64,000 bases of DNA from a virus: positions 3,066-67,065 of the IMG/VR virus record IMGVR_UViG_3300025137_005088. One strand, given 5' to 3'. The notes under the pieces are model-generated. The model was not told where the DNA came from, did no database searches, and saw only the letters and a list, made by a program, of their open reading frames with translations. Shown in pieces: positions 58,247 through 64,000 of the stretch. Each line of letters begins with the position of its first letter. Within the stretch, counting starts at the first letter, position 1. The translations under genes were made by a program, and so were the position numbers.

Positions 58247-58275
58247 TTGACAAGCACATGTTAACCATGTATACT
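58247..58275 (+). promoter_or_regulatory. sigma70-like early promoter
   Basis: TTGACA-N17-TATACT upstream of the gp55-like gene. Confidence 0.8.
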
Positions 58276-58297
58276 AAGTTCAAGTAAGGAATTATCA

Positions 58298-59176
58298 ATG
58301 AGAAAACAAAATTATTTAAACAATAAAGACATGCTTAAAGAAATACACAAAAGTAAGTTAAGCTATTGCTATGTGTTAGACGACGAATATAGTAGATTTG
58401 ATGTAATTGTTGAATCAGAAGATGAAATTACTGCTCCAGAAGTTGTACAAACAGCAAAAGAAAGTAGAGCTAGACAATTAAGCATTCAGGCATACGAAAC
58501 TGCTTATTTAGATTGGTATGATAATACCAGTAGAAAACAAAGTCAAAAACCCAAACAAGTAAATTATAAGATCGATCCAAGCACAATAGACGAAAAAAGT
58601 CTAGTGTTTAGAGTAATGACGTTTGAACATGTACCATTAGAACCTGGTAGAAAAAACAAACCCAAAACTGTAGCAGATCATCATAGTAAATGCAACTTTC
58701 CTCCATTTAAACATTTTGCATATGTGGATAACGAAGCTAAAGAATGCTTGCGTAGTCATTGGGAAGGTGGACTAGATAATGGTAAATTTAATGTACAGCA
58801 TGGTACCATTACAAATAATCTAGCTAAGATGTATATTAAACTGTGCGAACGTTACAGTATGCGTAGTAACTGGCGTGGATACACATATGTAGATGAAATG
58901 CGTAGTCATGCACTATTACAATTATCACAAATCGGATTGCAGTTCAATGAGCTAAAAAGTGAAAATCCATTTGCATACTACACAGCCGCAGTTACCAACA
59001 GTTTCACTAGAGTATTAAACTTGGAGAAGCGTAATCAAAACATTAGAGATGACCTATTGCAAGAAGCAGGTCAGATGCCTAGTTGGACACGCCAGATTGA
59101 ACATGAAATGGCAGAACGAGCTAAATGGGACGAAAAAACAGACAAAGAACGTAAAGAACACGGATATAATGTTTAA
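58298..59176 (+). CDS. late-transcription sigma factor, T4 gp55-like
   Basis: NYLNNKDML, NWRGYTYVDEM, KSENPFAYYT; upstream of gp47/gp46 as in T4. Confidence 0.88.
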   Translation: MRKQNYLNNKDMLKEIHKSKLSYCYVLDDEYSRFDVIVESEDEITAPEVVQTAKESRARQLSIQAYETAYLDWYDNTSRKQSQKPKQVNYKIDPSTIDEKSLVFRVMTFEHVPLEPGRKNKPKTVADHHSKCNFPPFKHFAYVDNEAKECLRSHWEGGLDNGKFNVQHGTITNNLAKMYIKLCERYSMRSNWRGYTYVDEMRSHALLQLSQIGLQFNELKSENPFAYYTAAVTNSFTRVLNLEKRNQNIRDDLLQEAGQMPSWTRQIEHEMAERAKWDEKTDKERKEHGYNV

Positions 59177-59179
59177 GTG

Positions 59180-59208
59180 TTGACAAGGTATAGTTATGAA
59201 GCTATACT
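59180..59208 (+). promoter_or_regulatory. sigma70-like early promoter
   Basis: TTGACA-N17-TATACT. Confidence 0.8.
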
Positions 59209-59241
59209 AAGTGAGAGTTTAAACTGAGTGAACGGAAATCC

Positions 59242-60258
59242 ATGACATTTTTTAATCGTGCGGCTTGCTTTACGGACATACACTTTGGAAACAAAAACAA
59301 TAGCAAGCAACACAATCGTGATTGTGAAGAGTTTGTTGATTGGTTTGTAGCACAAGCAAAAGAACAAAACTGTGAAACGTGCATTTTCTTAGGAGACTGG
59401 CACCATCATAGATCCAGTGTAAACGTTAGTACTCTCAACTATAGCGTAGAAAACGTTGCCAAACTAAGCAAAGCATTTAAACAAGTGTATATGATTACTG
59501 GTAATCATGATCTCTATTATAGAGAAAAACGTGACTACAACAGTTTACCATATGCAACACTATTCGACAATGTACAGTTAGTTAATGACCAAACATTAGT
59601 GCAAGATGAAGTTGCACTTGTTCCTTGGTTAGTAGGCGATGAGTGGAAACAGATCAGTAAGACCAAATGTAGATACATGTTTGGACACTTTGAACTTCCT
59701 TACTTTAAAATGAATGCTATGGTAGAGATGCCTGATCATGGAGGTCTTAATGCAGAATATTTGCAAGGACCCGAGTATGTGTTTACAGGACATTTTCACA
59801 AGAGACAAAACAAAGGCAATGTACACTACTTAGGATCACCTTTTCCACATAACTATGCAGATGCATGGGATGACGAACGTGGTATGATGGTACTAGAGTG
59901 GGGTGGCAAACCCGAGTATATAGACTGGGAAGGCCCACGTTACAGAACTGTTGCATTGAGTAGACTTATAGACGAACCAGATTTAATCCTCAATAGTAAA
60001 ACTTATTGTAGAGCTACATTAGATATCAATATCAGTTATGAAGAAGCTAGCTTTATTAAAGAAACTTTCAGTGAGCAGTATGGTGTAAGAGAGATAACAC
60101 TTATGCCTAGCAAAAAAGAAGAACATGCACAGGACTGGAGAGTTGTAGAAGATATAGAAGTTGAAAATGTTGACCAGATAGTGTATAATAGTTTAAATGC
60201 TGTGGATAGTGACATGATTGACAAGAAACTGCTAGTGGATATATATAACAACCTATGA
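59242..60258 (+). CDS. recombination endonuclease subunit, gp47/Mre11/SbcD-like
   Basis: DIHFG, LGDW, GNHD, GHFE, GHFH metallophosphoesterase motifs. Confidence 0.95.
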   Translation: MTFFNRAACFTDIHFGNKNNSKQHNRDCEEFVDWFVAQAKEQNCETCIFLGDWHHHRSSVNVSTLNYSVENVAKLSKAFKQVYMITGNHDLYYREKRDYNSLPYATLFDNVQLVNDQTLVQDEVALVPWLVGDEWKQISKTKCRYMFGHFELPYFKMNAMVEMPDHGGLNAEYLQGPEYVFTGHFHKRQNKGNVHYLGSPFPHNYADAWDDERGMMVLEWGGKPEYIDWEGPRYRTVALSRLIDEPDLILNSKTYCRATLDINISYEEASFIKETFSEQYGVREITLMPSKKEEHAQDWRVVEDIEVENVDQIVYNSLNAVDSDMIDKKLLVDIYNNL

Positions 60259-62024
60259 TTACTATTGAAAACCTAACCGTAAAGAACTTTATGAGTGTCG
60301 GCAATGTTACACAAGCTGTACGTTTCACTGAAAACGGACTGACGCTTGTACTGGGTAACAATGTTGATCTAGGAGGCGACGGCAGTAGAAATGGTACTGG
60401 TAAGACCACTATCATTAATGCACTCAGCTATGTAATATATGGCAATGCACTAACTAATATTAGAAAAGATAATTTAATTAACAAAACTAACGGCAAAAAT
60501 ATGATGGTTACGTTAGATTTTGAGATTGCTGGTAAAAAATACCGTATCGAACGTGGCAGAAAGCCACAAGTGCTTAAATACTATGTCGACGAATTGAATG
60601 TCGAAGAAGATGAAGCACAGGGTGAAAACAGACAGACTCAAGTACAAATAGAAAAACTATTTGGAATGAGCCATGATATGTTTAAACACATTGTTGCACT
60701 TAACACATATACAGAACCTTTTCTCAGTATGCGAGCAAACGATCAGCGAGCAATTATTGAGCAGTTACTAGGTATAACAATGCTTAGTGAAAAATCGGAG
60801 GTTCTTAAAGAACAACAAAGGCTAACGAGAGATGCAATCAAAGAAGAAGAGTATCGAATTAACGCAGTTGAAGAAGCAAATTCCAGAATTGAGAAAAGTA
60901 TCGGTGATTTGGAACGCAGGCAGAAAATTTGGCGGGATCAGCAAAAAATTACTGTCGAAAGTATCCAACAGCAAATCAACACACTAGAAAAAATAGATAT
61001 CCAAATAGAACTTAGTAATCATACATTACTAAGTGATTACCTAGAAAAGAAAAAGCTGAAAGACGAAGCAGAACGTTGGCTATCTAGTATTCAAACTGAT
61101 AATATTAAACAAGAAAAACTTATTACAAAGTTAGATAGAGAACTTGCACTACTAGAAGATCACAAATGTCACAGTTGTGGACAAGATATCCACGATACTA
61201 AACAAGAAGAAATACTGTCTAGTAAGCAAGAGCAACGCACAGAAGCTAACTCACATATACTGTCTAATAAAACACAAGAAGCTGAGTGGATAGAAGCTGT
61301 GTCATCACTAGGTGAACTAGGGCATATGCCAGTCACACATTACACTACAGAAACAGAAGCACATAAGCACAATAATCAACTTGAAACATTGCGTAGTCAA
61401 GTAACTAATAAACAAAGCGAAAGTGACACTTATCAAGAGCAAATAGAAAGTCTGCGTAGTACTGGTGTGCAAACTGTAACTTGGGATAATATGAATGAAC
61501 TTAATAATATAAAAGATCATCAGGACTTTTTGTACAAACTGTTAACAAACAAAGACAGTTTTATCCGCAAACGTATTATTGAACAGAACTTGCAATACTT
61601 GAATAGTAGACTTGCATATTACTTGACAAAACTTGGACTACCACATGAAGTACAGTTCCAGCCTGACCTAACAGTTGAGATAACAGAACTGGGCAGAGAT
61701 TTAGACTTTGATAATCTAAGTAGAGGCGAACGTAATAGACTTATACTAGGATTGAGTTGGAGTTTTAGAGATGTATTTGAAAGTATGAATACACCTATTA
61801 ACTTTATGGCCATTGACGAACTTATTGACAGTGGCATGGACACCAACGGTGTTGATGCAAGTTTAAGTGTACTCAAAAAGATAGAACGTGAACGTGGTAA
61901 AAACATCTTCTTAATCTCACACAGAGATGAACTGGTAGGTCGTGTTAATACTATACTACAAGTTATTAAAGAAGGCGGCTTTACTACATTCAGCACAGAT
62001 ACAGAGTTTATAGATGCAAAATAA
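60255..62024 (+). CDS. recombination ATPase subunit, gp46/Rad50/SbcC-like
   Basis: KNFMSVG, NGTGKTT, coiled coil with CHSC zinc hook, LSRGE, IDELID, ISH. Confidence 0.95.
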   Translation: MITIENLTVKNFMSVGNVTQAVRFTENGLTLVLGNNVDLGGDGSRNGTGKTTIINALSYVIYGNALTNIRKDNLINKTNGKNMMVTLDFEIAGKKYRIERGRKPQVLKYYVDELNVEEDEAQGENRQTQVQIEKLFGMSHDMFKHIVALNTYTEPFLSMRANDQRAIIEQLLGITMLSEKSEVLKEQQRLTRDAIKEEEYRINAVEEANSRIEKSIGDLERRQKIWRDQQKITVESIQQQINTLEKIDIQIELSNHTLLSDYLEKKKLKDEAERWLSSIQTDNIKQEKLITKLDRELALLEDHKCHSCGQDIHDTKQEEILSSKQEQRTEANSHILSNKTQEAEWIEAVSSLGELGHMPVTHYTTETEAHKHNNQLETLRSQVTNKQSESDTYQEQIESLRSTGVQTVTWDNMNELNNIKDHQDFLYKLLTNKDSFIRKRIIEQNLQYLNSRLAYYLTKLGLPHEVQFQPDLTVEITELGRDLDFDNLSRGERNRLILGLSWSFRDVFESMNTPINFMAIDELIDSGMDTNGVDASLSVLKKIERERGKNIFLISHRDELVGRVNTILQVIKEGGFTTFSTDTEFIDAK

Positions 62025-62256
62025 TTGGAAGCAAGAAATATTTTGGGAACATTACTGTGAAAAACAACAAGGTGTTATGGGATTTCCAAAAGGTACAGAG
62101 TGCGATTGGTGTGGGGAAACAGAAGCAACAGGAAATAAGATTCAAACTAAAAAAACTGTTGGTGAAAAACTTTATGGGTATCACCCACAAGAATTATTAA
62201 CAAAGAAAATTTTACCCATTGATGTATTTTATAAACTTTTTGGACAAAAACTATGA
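62014..62256 (+). CDS. small putative zinc-binding protein
   Basis: HYC...CDWCG. Confidence 0.65.
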   Translation: MQNNWKQEIFWEHYCEKQQGVMGFPKGTECDWCGETEATGNKIQTKKTVGEKLYGYHPQELLTKKILPIDVFYKLFGQKL

Positions 62257-62576
62257 GAGATCACGAAGACGATGACTACACAATACACATAGATAGCTTT
62301 AATAATAAAGGTCAAAAAGGAGACGACGACTTCGAAACTTGGTTAGAAACAGAAGCTCCTCTTGTTTCTCCTTCTACTATCACAGCAATTGATAACTCAT
62401 ACACAGTTGATTTATCACAACAGGCTACATGCACAAGTACAATGATATCATCAAATGTTGGAACTATTACTATAACTGGACTAGATCATCATGCATTGAG
62501 TAAGCAAAAAAAATTACCTATTGATATATTATACAAATGGTATCCTAGACAAATGAAAGAGCAAAGCGATGACTAA
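62253..62576 (+). CDS. hypothetical protein (107 aa)
   Basis: ATGA-coupled; acidic N-terminus and Thr/Ser-rich middle. Confidence 0.65.
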   Translation: MRDHEDDDYTIHIDSFNNKGQKGDDDFETWLETEAPLVSPSTITAIDNSYTVDLSQQATCTSTMISSNVGTITITGLDHHALSKQKKLPIDILYKWYPRQMKEQSDD

Positions 62577-63258
62577 TACTTTTATGTTTGATGTTGACGG
62601 AACTCTAACTGACCCTAGAAGACAAATTAATGTAGAATTCGAATACTTTATGAAGCAATTTGTAAACAAGCATAAATGTATGATTGTTACCGGAAGCGAT
62701 AGACCTAAAACTATAGAGCAAATCGGACTAGACTTAACTGTTAGATTTAATAGAGTTTATCACTGTAGTGGAAATCATGTTTTTGAAGATGTAAACGAAG
62801 TTAGACGTAGTGACTGGTCATTATCCAATGATCAAATACAATTCTTAACTGAGTACTTGCACAACGTAAAGTATCCAGAGATGACTGGTAATCACATTGA
62901 ACAACGCACAGGCACAGCTAACTTTAGTTTAGTTGGCAGGAACGCCGATTGGGAACAACGTGAAAGATATGCCCAATGGGACAAATCAAACAAAGGCAGA
63001 GAAACTGTAGCTATGTACTACAATGAACAATTTAGCGACAGTATTGCACAAGTTGCTGGACAAACAAGCATAGACATATTTAAAATAGGCTGTGACAAGA
63101 GTCAAGCTATAAGAGAACAAAAGGGAAAAACAATTTATTTCGGAGACCATTGTCACCCAGGAGGCAACGACTATACAGCCGCCATGGCAAGTACCACATA
63201 TTATAACATAGAAAATGGATATAAAGAAACTTGGGAAATCTTAAAAAAGATGTACTAA
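62569..63258 (+). CDS. HAD-IIB phosphomannomutase (eukaryotic PMM-type)
   Basis: FDVDGTLT, VTGSD, IEQRTG..NFS.VGR, GQTSIDIF, YFGD...GGNDY. Confidence 0.88.
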   Translation: MTNTFMFDVDGTLTDPRRQINVEFEYFMKQFVNKHKCMIVTGSDRPKTIEQIGLDLTVRFNRVYHCSGNHVFEDVNEVRRSDWSLSNDQIQFLTEYLHNVKYPEMTGNHIEQRTGTANFSLVGRNADWEQRERYAQWDKSNKGRETVAMYYNEQFSDSIAQVAGQTSIDIFKIGCDKSQAIREQKGKTIYFGDHCHPGGNDYTAAMASTTYYNIENGYKETWEILKKMY

Positions 63259-63263
63259 ATCGG

Positions 63264-63293
63264 TTGACAAAGGGCTCAGAAGATATATATAAT
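63264..63293 (+). promoter_or_regulatory. sigma70-like promoter
   Basis: TTGACA-N18-TATAAT upstream of the GIY-YIG gene. Confidence 0.65.
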
Positions 63294-63310
63294 TGTTGCA
63301 GTAGACAAAC

Positions 63311-63739
63311 ATGCAATGGACTTATCAAGGCAAACAAGTAGAAGAAATTAGTGAGGAATACATAGGATTTGTATATCTTATTACCAACCTCACAAACGGC
63401 AAAAAATATATTGGCAAAAAACTAGCACAATTTAAAGTAACTAAAAAACCCCTTAAAGGCAAGAAAAACAAAAGACGTTCAACTAAAGAAAGTGACTGGA
63501 GAACCTATTGGGGAAGCAGTGACAAGCTAAATGCAGATGTTGAACATTTAGGCCCAGAAAACTTTACAAGAGAAATACTATTCTACTGCACTAGCAGAGG
63601 CGAACTAAGTTATTTAGAAGCTAAAGAACAGTTTGATCGTAAAGTACTAGAAACTGAAGAATACTACAACGGCATTATAAACGTAAGAGTTGGCAGTTCT
63701 AAGGCACTTATTGAATCACTAAACAGACACCAGTCGTAA
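63311..63739 (+). CDS. stand-alone GIY-YIG nuclease (142 aa)
   Basis: GFVYLITNLTNGKKYIGKK, YWGSS, SYLEAKEQ (Glu), YYNG (Asn). Confidence 0.9.
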   Translation: MQWTYQGKQVEEISEEYIGFVYLITNLTNGKKYIGKKLAQFKVTKKPLKGKKNKRRSTKESDWRTYWGSSDKLNADVEHLGPENFTREILFYCTSRGELSYLEAKEQFDRKVLETEEYYNGIINVRVGSSKALIESLNRHQS

Positions 63740-64000
63740 TATACCCTCTCTATTAGAGCATTGAGGAGTCGCCATTGAATTGGTTAGACAACGGATCTTG
63801 CTGAGGGACACAAACCAAAAGAGTGGGCTCTACTGTGCCATTGTAACCCACGGATAGCTCAAAAGTCGTCGTTATGGCTTAGAGTGTTTCTGCGTTTTTA
63901 GCAGTATGTAAAGGGGTAAAGCAAAACCGCCTCTGCCTAGCAATAGGTTTTACTATAACGGAGCGATTGTAAGCGGGGTAATGACCTTTAGCTTTTTTTT
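63740..64000 (+). ncRNA. candidate structured non-coding RNA
   Basis: No ORF in the track; about 44% GC by hand count, above the AT-rich background; several helices including a GCAA-tetraloop hairpin (63935-63948). Confidence 0.55.
63971..64000 (+). terminator. intrinsic terminator
   Basis: AAGC-GGGGT-AATG-ACCTT-TA-GCTT stem followed by a T run to the window end. Confidence 0.6.

Noticed and set aside
59202-63337. Short - strand ORFs opposite gp47/gp46/PMM
   Set aside because: Antisense to well-supported genes.
63311-63739. Mobile homing endonuclease
   Set aside because: It lacks a visible C-terminal DNA-binding domain, does not interrupt a gene, and has its own promoter.
63740-64000. tRNA, tmRNA, RNase P RNA or group I intron
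   Set aside because: No cloverleaf or T-loop, no tmRNA ends, no RNase P GAGGAAAGUCC, and no interrupted host gene is visible. An Rfam scan is still needed.
1-64000. CRISPR array, IS element, integrase or stop-codon reassignment
   Set aside because: No spaced direct repeats or transposase/integrase motifs were seen. ORFs tile densely, with TAA, TAG and TGA all used as stops.

Overview
AT-rich fragment of a large T4-like myovirus genome, with ORFs tightly tiled under the standard genetic code. Right end, + strand (58.3-64 kb): gp55-like late sigma factor, gp47/gp46 nuclease pair, two small ORFs, a eukaryote-type phosphomannomutase, and a short GIY-YIG nuclease. The nuclease is followed by an ORF-free, hairpin-rich ~260-nt segment ending in an intrinsic terminator, which is a candidate structured ncRNA. 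Middle, - strand (33.5-58.2 kb): a late baseplate/tail module (tube-initiator-like, gp53, hub, gp5, gp25, gp6, a 3804-aa protein and fibre-like proteins) with TATAAATA/CATAAATA late-promoter motifs. Left, - strand (1-33.1 kb, running off the window): an exceptionally large modification locus directly downstream of the tail genes. It holds 12 radical SAM genes (six with an N-terminal twitch domain, a Gfo/Idh/MocA-DesII fusion and a MORN-fused permuted enzyme), five glycosyltransferase-like genes, a UDP-GlcA decarboxylase, a carbamoyltransferase, an APS kinase with an HxGH nucleotidyltransferase, sulfotransferases, SGNH proteins, methyltransferases and a PLP enzyme. All calls come from motif recognition by eye; no database search was run. 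The best candidates for undescribed biology are the multi-radical-SAM virion/glycan modification system and the GIY-YIG plus structured RNA unit.
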